From positions 984,637 to 1,048,636 of the forward strand of contig NMRA01000050.1 in NCBI GenBank assembly GCA_002633005.1: DNA of 64,000 nt. Reading direction: 5' to 3'. A program made the translations under genes and the position numbers. How positions within the stretch are numbered: the first letter of the stretch is position 1; every line of letters starts with the position of its first letter. Under the pieces are notes generated by a model that saw nothing but the letters and a program-made list of their open reading frames with translations, was not told where the DNA came from and made no database searches. This stretch comes from Phoronis australis. Lineage: Eukaryota; Animalia; Phoronida. Positions 25,640 to 38,068 of the stretch are shown here, in pieces.

Positions 25640-26435
25640 GCAAATTTAATTTCCACATTGAAAAATCATCTCTGAGATATTTAGCTAAAGAACCTATAGT
25701 ACGTTCGTTAGAAAACAGGAGACATAAAAATTCACTGTTCAAGAATGATTTGGGATCTTGGATAAATGCAGTGTGAAAAGCATCAAACATTTTTTGTCTA
25801 ATATTGTAAAAAACAACAATGATACAGAAAATGAAACTCATCCTCAACTTGTCCTGAGTGACATATCACACACAGTCTGTCCTCCAAAAATAAACCTAAA
25901 AAGCATCCCGTTTCTAATCTGAGAGGAAGAATTCCACAACTAAACTGAGCAAGAAATGATCGTAAAAATACAATGTAGGTCAAGTGGAAGCTTAATGTAC
26001 ATGTACAGTTTTGTTTCAATACATTTTAAAAGTTTTTAACGTTCTCACTTTGGGCGCTGTATGGATCTGTTCTGATCAAATGTCAGCCAGTTGCCTTTGC
26101 AGAAAATTGCATACCATTCAAAAGGGCACTTAGGCACTTATTCAAAAAAGCGTTCTCAGCTTGATGGTCTGCATAAAGAATGTTTATTAATTCTGAAGAC
26201 CAGTTTGTTTGTTGCAACCTATAATCTCAAAGCAAAATCCCATTAGTAACTCCGGTATCCTCCATTGTGACTAATCTATTCCAGAATATGATTATTTTCC
26301 CTTCGCATGGCAGAATCATGCGAGGCGATTTTGCCATGAACGGCTACATTTGGCGCAAATCTATGGACTCCGAGGAAGAAACGTTGATACCCATTTTGTG
26401 TTGCATCAAATTTGCTGTTCTGACTACATATTGAC
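25640..26435 (-). mobile_element. 3' fragment of a non-LTR retrotransposon (RTE-X-like)
   Basis: Minus-strand AQFSCGILPLRLETG....LEDRLCVICHSGQVEDEFHFLYHC, a C-terminal zinc-knuckle motif; upstream RFFLGVHRFAPNVAV-like remnant. Confidence 0.75.
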
Positions 26436-26439
26436 TATG

Positions 26440-26805
26440 CCAAGATACTATTCATGTTAAAAGGCAATGGAAAGCAAATAGGTACACATCTATAAATTCG
26501 AGCTGGAAAATTTGACAGAACTTCATTCAAACAATCCGAGAAGGAAGCCGTTAGTGTGTGAACCGTTTTTTCTCCGTGTGACAAATACCGTGTAATCTAA
26601 TGAACTGTGACGTCGCTTTCGTAACATGTACAGTGTAATAATGGTACATTTCTATGATGTGCATTCGACGTAAATTGTAACAATTACATAAAATGTAAGA
26701 ACTTGTTATATTTTAGGAGGGGCCTAGCAACGTAACAGGTAGAAGCTGTTGCATTTTACGGCATTGTTACAGTTGTTACATTTTACGAAATTGTTACATT
26801 TTATG
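26440..26805 (+). repeat. Interspersed repeat segment B (second copy at ~63289-63632)
   Basis: CCAAGA..ATTCATGTTAA...GGAAAG..ATAGG.ACACATCTATAAATTCGAGCTGG...GTGCATTCGACGTAAATTGTA and TTACATTTTACG repeats are shared by both loci. Confidence 0.85.
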
Positions 26806-27350
26806 ACATATCGCGGCTCGTGGGTAGACTACAACGGAGAAGGTTTTCAGAGCAGCATACATGTAGTACAAAGTCACTCATTAAAATGTATTGTTCGTCA
26901 CGAGCAGAAGTTACCACCTTTCAATTCTCTGTGGAGCAGCCTGGCTTTGAATATATTCAGTATGGGCCAATCCCACCTCAAAGCTTAAAAGAGCGGAAAA
27001 CTTTCAACTTGGGTGCAAGACAACTTTGAAGAATGTTGCTCATTTGTTATCAAGTGAGCAAGTAAATGATAGGGCCATTACGTACTGAAAGTAAACTTGT
27101 CTTTGATTGGACATAATTAATAACTAAACAAAATTTTGAGTTGAATGAGCAAAAGTATGATCGTTTAAGATCGAAAAGTACGTGTTGATTAAGCAAAACT
27201 GCGGGCTGATTAAGCACATTTCTACACGCAGAAATGTACTCGTTTGAGAACCATTTCGCACTTCATAAATATGCGTATACTGAACCACAGTAGCTCGTTA
27301 ATTAAGTTTGTGTATTCTGCTGACTGGCTCTTCATCAAACTAATATAAAA

Positions 27351-27528
27351 CATGCGGGCACCCAGCACGGATTTGTGAGAATGTAGACCTTTTACTAAGA
27401 TTCACGCCGAATTTTGGTATTTCCTGTTTAGTGGACCTTTGTCTCGCTTTCTACTTTTTCTGAGTTTCTGTTTCTCTGTGGCGGACCTTTTTGCCCACTT
27501 TGCCAGAGCTCTCGTGGGTGTGTGCATG
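27351..27528. mobile_element. 178-bp MITE with CATG ends and 5-bp TSD (TAAAA)
   Basis: TIR CATGCGGGCACCCA / TGGGTGTGTGCATG; TAAAA at 27346-27350 and 27529-27533. Confidence 0.65.
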
Positions 27529-28537
27529 TAAAACTTATTTTAATAAGAGGAGCATGATTTCTTACTCTGAAATCGGTGACCATTATCCACCAGTGTTTTG
27601 CATTTATTTACACAAATCACAGCCTCATTTTTTATTTATTAACGCGATCAAACATGCATGAATAATTTGCTTCGGAGTTCGTACGAATTTTATTTTCAAT
27701 TTTTTACTCTCAAGGTATTCTTCAATTCCAAAATGTCCAAAACAGTTTGAAATCTTGTAATGGCGTTTCAAAAGGGCAATTCCTTCCATCTCAGTTGAAT
27801 AACAACCAATGATGTTGGTAGGTTAGGCTAACATAATGAGTTCCTTGTATACACCTATCTTATTCTGAAACTGAGACAACTACGTACTCCTTCTACATAA
27901 GATGAGTACAGCTAAGCGGACACAGAACAGTTCACAATGAACTCGTCACCCATTCTTCATGCTGTCAAAAGCCGTCTGCAAAGAATGAAAAGTCATTTCA
28001 CGTCACAAGCCCTACACACGAGAAAAGAAAATTTATTCTGTCTTATATTTTTGACCGTTTTACTCCTACTGAAAGAAGACTAAGAAAAGGGCAAAAGTTG
28101 TCACTTTTCACCCAAATTCACCACTTCCCTGCCTATGCACGAACAAAGCCAATATTAGATTCTGAAAGCAAATTTCCTGCCAATTCCAAAAATATAGTTA
28201 GAAAGTACTGTCAACCTTCTAGTTTATTTTGCAAACCTGGCTTGCTTGAGGGCGACCAGAAATCGTAACCAATTTCTCAATCGCCACCAAGCAATACTCA
28301 ATTGCAACAGGGCGCCTTTGAAGAAGAGTGCAACTATAGCCGCGCAAGCGGTCTTTTTCATTCTCAACGTGTCTACAACTACAAAGAAACCACATTCACT
28401 TAACAATGCCCCCAAATCTTGGCCTACCCTAGATTTTAATAATATGGGACTGCACAATGTAAACTGGCTGCGGTCGCATCCTAACTGTCCAGTGGAACCT
28501 TAGGAACTGTTGATGGTTACTTAATGCGATGAGAATG

Positions 28538-30730
28538 TAACCATGAATAAAAAGGTGGGCGTACCTAGCACTCAGTTAAGAGTATCCTACGCGAAATGTT
28601 TTATTGAATGAGTGACGGGTGGTGTTCCATGCGAACACCCAGGGGAGGGGGGGACTCGGGGGGCTCCCAGGAGCCCCCCATTTTGGCGAAGTGGACAAAA
28701 AGATCCGCCCCAGAGAAACAAAAAGTCCGAGGGAAACGAGACGAAAGTCCAATGAAAAGGCGCAGGGGCACAATTCACAGTACTGTGGATGGTACACCGT
28801 ATTTTTCTTTTAGTCATCCATCTTTTTTGTTAGCAAAAGGTCCACTCGGCCAGAAATTTGAGCCCCCCGAGATAAGGCTGGGTGCGCGCATGTGTTAGAC
28901 CAACCTCACTATTTTGTCCCGTTGTTTTGCTTGATCGGGACATTCTTCCATTCGGTTGAGTAGTGTCAATTGACCACTTTCGACGTCGACTGTTAACTGA
29001 CTCTTTCAATAATCACTTGACCGATAGAAGATCTGGCTAGAACTGAATAGGTATGTCGCGGCGAGAAAAATCCCCCACCCTTATTGAAAATACAAGGCAC
29101 ACTCTCACGTATTGAGTGAGGTCCTAGAGTTCCTAAACTCGACCGTGAACTCGTCGAGTGGGTGTTTTAACCTTGACATTACAGAGTCAGTGAGTTCCTA
29201 AAACAGTTTCAAATAGCATCCAGTACAAGCCTTCTGGCCTATTTACATCTGGTGGTCAATTCCAAGTTCCACATCGTTCTTAGAAGAGCGAGCCACCGTA
29301 CATGCAGTGCAGCCATGGTGTGTATTTGGAATAGATTCCCCTGGTATACATATGTGTATGTGACGGGATTGCCGTCTATTGATAGAGTCGTGAGTCAAGA
29401 CTGTTTAATTCCACATGCTCGAGCGGTCAATGGGGCTATTCGGAAAATCTACAATAACTAGAGGGCGTGCGTGTACTAGTGGTGATAGATTAACAGCCTC
29501 GATTTCGCGAACCCTTTAAATACATGGTGAAATGGCTTGCAGCCGTGCCAACTGAATCTGAGATTGCGTAAAAAGGGTGCTTCTATGAGAGGAAGTAAGT
29601 ACGACCTCATACAAAGGTAAGGTTTGTGATTATTTTTACGATTAGTCCATGATTATTCTACCGATGCCTGTTAACTGAGGCACTCGCCGATGTCGACTTC
29701 GCGGCAGTCAGTCGCCAGCCAGAGTCTGGTTAATCTTTATATGTTGTGATATGTGATACGATACTTGACGTAGCAATCGGGATCTTTCGTACATCAAAGC
29801 ATTATTATTGTTTGGAATGATTTCTAAAAGTTTATNTAACCATGAATAAAAAGGTGGGCGTACCTAGCACTCAGTTAAGAGTATCCTACGCGAAATGTTT
29901 TATTGAATGAGTGACGGGTGGTGTTCCATGCGAACACCCAGGGGAGGGGGGGACTCGGGGGGCTCCCAGGAGTCCCCCATTTTGGCGAAGTGGACAAAAA
30001 GATCCGCCCCAGAGAAACAAAAAGTCCGAGGGAAACGAGACGAAAGTCCAATGAAAAGGCGCAGGGGCACAATTCACAGTACTGTGGATGGTACACCGTA
30101 TTTTTCTTTTAGTCATCCATCTTTTTTCTTAGCAAAAGGTCCACTCGGCCAGAAATTTGAGCCCCCCGAAATAAGGCTGGGTGCGCGCATGTGTTAGACC
30201 AACCTCACTATTTTGTCCCGTTGTTTTGCTTGATCGGGACATTCTTCCATTCGGTTGAGTAGTGTCAATTGACCACTTTCGACGTCGACTGTTAACTGAC
30301 TCTTTCAATAATCACTTGACCGATAGAAGATCTGGCTAGAACTGAATAGGTATGTCGCGGCGAGAAAAATCACCCACCCTTATTGAAAATATAAGGCACA
30401 CTCTCGCGTATTGAGTGAGGTCCTAGAGTTCCTAAACTCGACCGTGAACTCGTTGAGTGGGTGTTTTAACCTTGACATTACAGAGTCAGCGAGTTCCTAA
30501 AACAGTTTCAAATAGCATCCAGTACAAGCCTTCTGGCCTATTTACATCTGGTGGTCAATTCCAAGTTCCACATCGTTCTTAGAAGAGCGAGCCACCGTAC
30601 ATGCAGTACAGCCATGGTGTGTATTTGGAATAGATTCCCCTGTCATACATATGTGTATGTGACGGGATTGCCGTCTATTGATAGAGTCGTGAGTCAAGAC
30701 TGTTTAATTCCACAAGCTCGAGCGGTCAAT
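28538..30730. repeat. 894-bp near-identical direct duplication flanking an assembly N (likely two haplotypes)
   Basis: 28538-29431 versus 29837-30730, offset 1299, about a dozen substitutions; the second copy starts immediately after the N at 29836. Confidence 0.9.
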
Positions 30731-31239
30731 TGTTTTAAAAGGGGTGTCTATTAGTGAATCCCCTTCCGATGACGAAAGTTTCAGTTTGCAGTTTTATTGG
30801 TTTTTGCATTTAACTTGAGACCCCTATTTTAGCGTAATTTGGTACATTCGCAGTCTCACCTTTTAAACTCTATCTGGTCTCGATTCTATCTGATTAGAGG
30901 CTCAACTTTTTAGCTTTTACTTTAGCTTACATTTTTTTTCATTTACTTGGCTTTGGGAACTGACTTGGGCGATTTCGGAATCCATTCAAACTAAGTGAGG
31001 TTACAATGACGATGGAAGCTAATAGTGTGTTGTAAGTTCGTGGGTTTGTATTTTTAACGCATAATAAACTCAGTGTGTTTGTCTAGTTCTCCTGTTTTCC
31101 ACTCTCTTACTTAGTTGTCACCATGGTTCTCTCGTATGCGATACGAACGAGTGAAAAAGTACAGAACGCTGCAAATATATTTATTCTGATACGAACAGTC
31201 GACATTTTAGATACTAAGTACAGTAGATCGGTGCTTGTC

Positions 31240-31318
31240 GCTCCAGCGATTCCCTACGGCGGGGTTTGAACTGAGATCTTTCGGTTGTCTTTCTCATCAC
31301 TAAGCCACCGAGCAACCC
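31240..31318 (-). mobile_element. Degenerate tRNA-derived SINE head
   Basis: Minus strand has an A-box-like TGGCTTAGTGA and a B-box-like AGTTCAAACC; no complete cloverleaf. Confidence 0.4.
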
Positions 31319-31943
31319 ATTGACTTCGAGGATATTTGTTGTACGTATACTGTATTTATAATGTTATACACTGTCAGTATCTTCCTACGTGGTAAGTGTT
31401 TCAGTGAAATAACGTATGTTCAAAACAGATCTTGAGGAATACATGTATGTTGCTGGAGCACATTTGCAAATTAAGCCGGGACACCGTCGTATTGATCTCG
31501 CTGTTGTAAGACTCTAAACCATGTGTCGTGTTCTCAGTGAATCTAGTAAAAAACACTTCAAGAGATGGGTGAAATATGCCAAAATTGACAAATAAATACC
31601 ACCAGTTTCGCATGGACAGAGGTCATATTTAAAGCGTTATACCTTGTGCAGTTCAAACACTTCATTTTACAAGTGACACAAATGGAGGGAAGACCATTGG
31701 GGCCGGGGGGGGGGGCAGTTTTTTTAGAGCTTTGCTGTCCATGACACACCGCCAGTGAAAAATCAAGACAAAAGCACGTACCGTACAAAAAAACCACGTC
31801 AACATTTGAATGAAGCTAACAAGAATAGTAAAAGGCTCCGGCTAATATTCTAACCACGCTTTCGGTACAAAAATGAGAGAGGGTACAATGACGAGTTTGG
31901 AAACAGGTGGATGAGTTCAAGAGTATGTGAGACTTTCAACGCG

Positions 31944-31949
31944 TTTATT
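31944..31949 (-). terminator. Polyadenylation signal of the carboxypeptidase gene
   Basis: AATAAA on the minus strand 40 nt downstream of the TGA. Confidence 0.6.
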
Positions 31950-31988
31950 GACAAGATTTTACATAGATGCAGGCAGAATAACTGGAAG

Positions 31989-34900
31989 TCAAGCATCTCC
32001 GAAGTTGTCTCCTTCTATGAACCTGCGTACTAAGTCCCACGATCTCTCTGGCTGGTAATAGGAAGTGAGGTGTCCGGCTCCCTTAATCATCGCCTAAACA
32101 CAAAAGAAAGTATTGTTATTGTCAGGATTCTTTTGCATAGCTGCTTTTTCTTTCTATTTTAGGAAGTTTTGTGTCAAATTTCACTGTCCAAAAACAACAA
32201 ACACATCCATGCGTAGTCATAGATGTCCACACCTGTAAATTAAATGCACATTCCGTAAAACGTCGCTGTGGTGTCGGCCTATTTTGCATGTACATTCACA
32301 AAAAATCATTTCTTGAACTGACATATTTTAGTCGGTGATCGCATTCGGGTCAAAGAGCCAACTTCGCTACTTTGCCTAATAGGCAAGACTTTCAGCGCAC
32401 AAAAGTGATGTTCGAAATAAGAAAATCAGCTAATCAAATGTACAATCTTAATATGACTCAAATCGTTTTGGCAAGACAGCATGTCTTTACGCATTGTTTT
32501 CAATACTTGGTACAAGTTGCCTGCCACGGTGACATATCCGGCCACGTCTGCATCAGGGCCTCCGACCCTCCATATTGTTCGGTTAGCTTCCTTGTAGAGG
32601 TCACTACCCCTCCAAGACATACTCTTCAGAAATGACTCCGTGAGCGGATAAGCAACGATGACATCCAGCTGGCCGTTGTAAAATAAGGTCTGAAGTGCAA
32701 ATACATATTTTACTACAAGGTCACCGTTTCTTTCAAGAGGACGACGTCTGCCTGGTTACAAAAAATGAGCCAATTATATGCTATTCACAAAGATCTGAAT
32801 TATCGGTAATACAAACTCAACTCATACAGGTACATGTAACTATAGCTAAAACTAATCTACGATAGAATCCCAGGTACATCATCCAGACCTTCCAAATGCT
32901 AGTAAGCAACTAAGAGTGGATTGAAAACGAGGCAACAGATATCGGTGGTCTCGTCACCAGTGCAAGCCCAAATAAAACATTTCGATTATTCTGAAAACGG
33001 AATATTTCTATCTGAAACGCATGGGAACTGGTCAAATTAACCGGTTTACCTAGAGGAAGAAAGCAGCGATAACTGTACGTCAGTTACGATTTGACAAATA
33101 CAGTTACAAGCATCAAATATTTCTGACAGTTAAATCACCACACACTACATTGAATGCATTCCGCCACCAATTGAAGTCGCCATAGTGATGCAAAGAACTG
33201 CACGCTGAGCGCCCTGCACGGCAATACATTGGTCGCATGCACAATGCGGCGCTGCAATTAGAGGAATAAGGACTACTTGCTCTCCTTACAAAGTTCTTAC
33301 TTAATGAACAAAAAGTTTGGCCATTCTCTCAGGTATGTGTGGTAGATCATTTGAAAAAGTCTACGCATTACTCGACAATTCAAGCACGCCCTAGTAAATA
33401 GTAGTTAAAGTGCAGTTTCAAGGGTAAAATGATGTCTCTGATAACGTCATAGGATGTCCTACGAGCACTACGCAATAACAAGAATGATTAGAGCGTTATA
33501 CGACGAGTTACCCAAATCATGATCAAAGGCAGCCGCTAATGTATGACTTTCCAATAACCATAAATAAGAACGAATTTTATTTGCATTTATTTCTTAAGGT
33601 CTTCTTAAATTCCCCAGTGTCTAAAATCAGTTTGAAACCGCGTTTAAAAGTCCAACTCAACATAAGAACGCACATGCCTTCCCTCGAAATATCGTTTATT
33701 TCCCTCGGCTTACACCCCAACTTTGCTCTGACATGGGTACAGCTTTAAGTGAAGTACCTTTGACGTTTGAGCTTTTCCATACATGCCGGTGTACCCTCTT
33801 TTTTCTTGGGTAGATCATACATGTACATTTATTGTATTTCCAACTTAAAAATAGCTACTAAATGAAATATTTTGAGACGCGCACAAATAGCTTATGGTCC
33901 TGCACGCGAGCAAAACTTACAAATAATTTACCAGTTACCTAAATGTTCTGCATGAGGATTAATTTCTTACCCTGATCCCTGCATCTAATATTTCGATAAT
34001 CCATGGTTTGACTGACTGCATCATGTCTTGCTTGAAAAGGTTGAATACATTGAGATCACCAAAAGTGAGACTACCAACATGGAGGGCTCGCCGAATTTCT
34101 GGTCTAGAAAACACTGTGAAGTAATGTTGTCGCGTGGACGGCACCTAGCGGAAGTAGTTACAAAAATAAAACACACACAAACACTACTTCTTCGTACATG
34201 TGTGCAGGGGTGCATAGGAAGTGTTACTGAAACGTCACTAGTTATATGTATACGATTGGTGCATTGCTTCTTTTAAAATTGTTTAGGCGTAAATGCATCT
34301 GAGTCGGTTGTAGTCTCTTGGCAAGTAAAATCAACACGGTGTGTGATCAATCAGTGCTATCTTGGTATTTAGTTTGAAGATTTAACAAACTATATGTAAA
34401 GCGAGTAATGGATGTGAATGTCCCGCTTCTGCTGCAAACTCACTCCCGCCCCGTTCCAAATACTGAAGTCATCAGTTCATGAGTCGCGTCCTCAAGCCAA
34501 ATGCCTATGGTGGAAATGCAAAATAAATATTTCGTTTTCTATTCTGAGAATTTTTGTTTCTGAGTGATTTCTGTAAATGTTTGAGACAAAAGGAAAATCG
34601 TTCAATGCTGACACTCGATCACTGTAAGAATTCCTTGCCGTTAATACGTTTCTGTGTTTATCAAAGGTTTGAAATAATTATTTGTATGGGTGGTTTAACG
34701 GGATTTAAAATGTGATGAAATGTGATGATTAGTAGCAAAGGCTTGAGATGTTGTCTATTAACAGCGGTATCAACACAATAACTAACGAAGATGACCATAG
34801 CAACCGTATAACCATAGCAACCGTATAACCATAGCAACCGTATAACTCAAGAAACTGTATGATACATTGAGCTTGACACTAAAACAAGACTTTGCTTTCC

Positions 34901-37900
34901 CGTCATTTACCTGTGTGTTGAGAAAATTCAAAAAATCAGTCATGCCAGTCACATTCGTGAAATAGGACGGAAACGAAAAACCGAAGAAGAGTTGGTCCAT
35001 TATCTGTAAAAAAGACATTATAATTACAGACATGACTATTCTCACACGCAAACCGATGACTGAGATTATATGTTAAGCACATTTTCATGGTTAAGACACC
35101 GGCCTTGAACCCTGTCAGAATTTAGACTGACAGTGGTCTTAGTTTTACTTTCAATTATTGTTCTGTTTGAGTTATTGATTGACATGAAGCCTGCGTTCAG
35201 TACAGTGATGTAATTTGTTTACTACTGTATAGTGTGGAACTTTCTAGAAGTGATTAATGCAGTCTGGAGTATTCTAGAGACTAGGACAGTGTATATGTTT
35301 GTACAATGATTTTGTAGATTCCAGAAAGTTCTGGCATGTGCTTGAATTGGAGAACATTGCATTAGTCTATAAATACACAACCATGGGTTTGTATTAGTCA
35401 GTAAAGCAGAAAAAGCAGTTAAGCAGTTAAAGAGTTGCAGTGAAGAGAATCAGAAGTTACAGCGAGAGTCAATAGAGAGCTAGCTTTTGGCAGCAGGTTA
35501 TTTGAAGTGGCGAGTGTAACAGTTGCTGGAAGTGCCTCAGAACGGTTCATCACAAGTCAAGGCTTCGCAGCACAGGCTGGACCGTAAAACAGACATTACG
35601 TCGGACGTTTTGTTTGGGTAGACTTGTGAACGTACGATCGAGATTAATAAAGGATTAACTCGAACTAGTCTGCACTCTATCATCGCACCGAAAGCTATAT
35701 AGCACCGGTCTGTAATAACCTGCGCCCTCCCACACACGGGGAAAAACGTGAAAAACCCGGCACACAACGATTGGCAATTTGTAATAAAACCATAAATTCA
35801 CAGTGGGTTATGCTGTTTTGTAGCTCTCGTCAGAGCCAATAACTTCAAAAAGTCTATTCTTCTTTCTATTTTTATCTTGCTGAAGTACACCCTGTTGTGC
35901 CTTAGGATTATGCCTGATGTCAATGTAACGAAACAGAAACTCTATTTTCTGAAGGTCGATCCATGAAGAGCCCATTGTAACTACAAGAAGATGAGGCTAA
36001 AGACCTTCTAAACAAAATTTCATCTTAGAAAAGATGTGCTCAATTGTGCAAGTAGTAAAATATATTCAATTTACTGTCTCCACGATACCCACTTCGAGGA
36101 GGATGACAAAAATTTCGTGAGAAGCCAATTGGGATTTGAGTGTTACATGAGTTGTGGTGAAAGTAATTCAAGAGGAGTGTGTGCATTATTTAGTAATAAT
36201 TTTGAGTATGAAGTCAAAAAAAATATTCGGGATCAGGATGAGAACTACTGTACTGGCTATTGTTAACACAGATAGCCAAAGTTTCTATGAGAATTTCAAG
36301 AGCATTGCATGTAGATGAACTAAATTCTGATTTTTCTATTTGGTGTGGTGACTGGAACTTGGTCCAGGAGTTTCCTGCAGATTGTCATAATTGCACGACA
36401 AATAATAACAAGAAGGCCAGGAACAAAATTCTGGAAATAATGGAAGACATTTCACTAGTTGATCCTTGGAGAATACATGTACATAACCTTAGCATTAAAA
36501 AGTATACTTGGATGAGAAAAAACCCAGTTAGCGTACACTTGAAAAAATTTTAAGTTTGAACTACGATGAAAAAAGGAAGGAAATAACTAAAACATTGCAT
36601 GTCTGGTTCACACGTAGTCTTTTAAAAGAAGCTTAGGATGGCTAGAGTGGTAAAAACAATTCTATTATCAAAATTAACCCATCTGTTTATCACACTCACG
36701 CCTCCTTCGCAAGAGTTTATAGATTTTAGACCAAACGTTTTTTAAATTTATTTGTGGACAGAAAAATGATAAAATAGCTAGAAAAGTTTTGATCCGGGAT
36801 TATTATGGTGGATGATGTGAATGTTCCACTTGGCTTCTTACATAAAAACACTGAAACTCACGTGGCTCCGTAGATTAGTAAATGCAAACCAAACTTGTGG
36901 ATATGTCTGGACTGAAGAATTTTGGGAAAAAATACACTTCTATGGTGATTTGGATATGACTATTTTAATGCAATCTCCTCCCAAAGTAAATATGAATTCT
37001 GGATGGAAACTTTTTCCATTTTGAAAGAATATGTGTCATTGACCCAGGGGATTTTGGCGAACTTAGAAAATCTCATTTATCAAGCGCTCTAGTACAACTC
37101 AATCAGAATTGGTAAAAAGCCAGTAGTGTTTAAGTCGTGGAACGATAGAGCATGTAGTAAGATTTGTGTACAATATAAAGGGTAATGATGGAATTTTTCT
37201 ATATTATGACGCTTTTTGTAAAAAGTTTTCATTTAGACCGATGATAACAACTTTTTATGAGCTTAAGAAAGTACTGTAATACTGTCTGCCTGGGTCGGTA
37301 ATAGAAATTCAAATACTAGAGCTGTGCTACAAAAATAAGAAAAGGTGTAGATCAATCTATGGCATATTTATTTGTAATATGAGGATAAAACTAATCTCAC
37401 AGGACAAATGGATTACTAAGATGTGTAGTGAATTTACTATGTGTTGGAAAACAGTGTATTTAATGTTTTTAATTTTTCTCTAGATGTTAGATTTTGATGG
37501 TTCCAGTATCGAATAGTTCACAGAATATTATGTACAAATTCATATCTTTATGAAATAGGCGTCTTGGATTCTTCCGCTTGTACATTTTGTAATAAAGCCT
37601 CAGAAACTTTCATGCACTTATTTGTACATTGTAACTTCACAAAAAATTCTGGGAAGATATTTTTGAATTTTACTTCAGTGATAGCGATGAAACAATAATG
37701 AACGCTAATGTTCTTTTTGGAATCAACCACACATATTCATCTACAAAATTAAGTTTGATACTAGCGAAATATCACATATACTGTCAAAGATTGCGGGGCG
37801 CCATCTATTAATGCTTTTGTTAATATTTTAAAACAACATTATCTCACAGAGAAATATATTTTTCGAAAAAATAGACAGTTTGATAGATTTAGAAATAGAT

Positions 37901-38037
37901 GGTTAAAATTTGCTCACCTTATTGAAAATCAAGCGACCACTGAATGGGTGCGTGTGTGTAAGTGTTCATTGTGATTTACATTGTAATGTTACTTATTGAT
38001 AATAAATGCATATATATATATATACATAAATATATAA

Positions 38038-38068
<31 letters not shown>

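Noticed and set aside
35113-35766. Solo LTR (TGT start, TATAAA 35368, AATAAA 35646, CACA ends)
   Set aside because: Plausible, but no target-site duplication or second copy was found to fix the boundaries.
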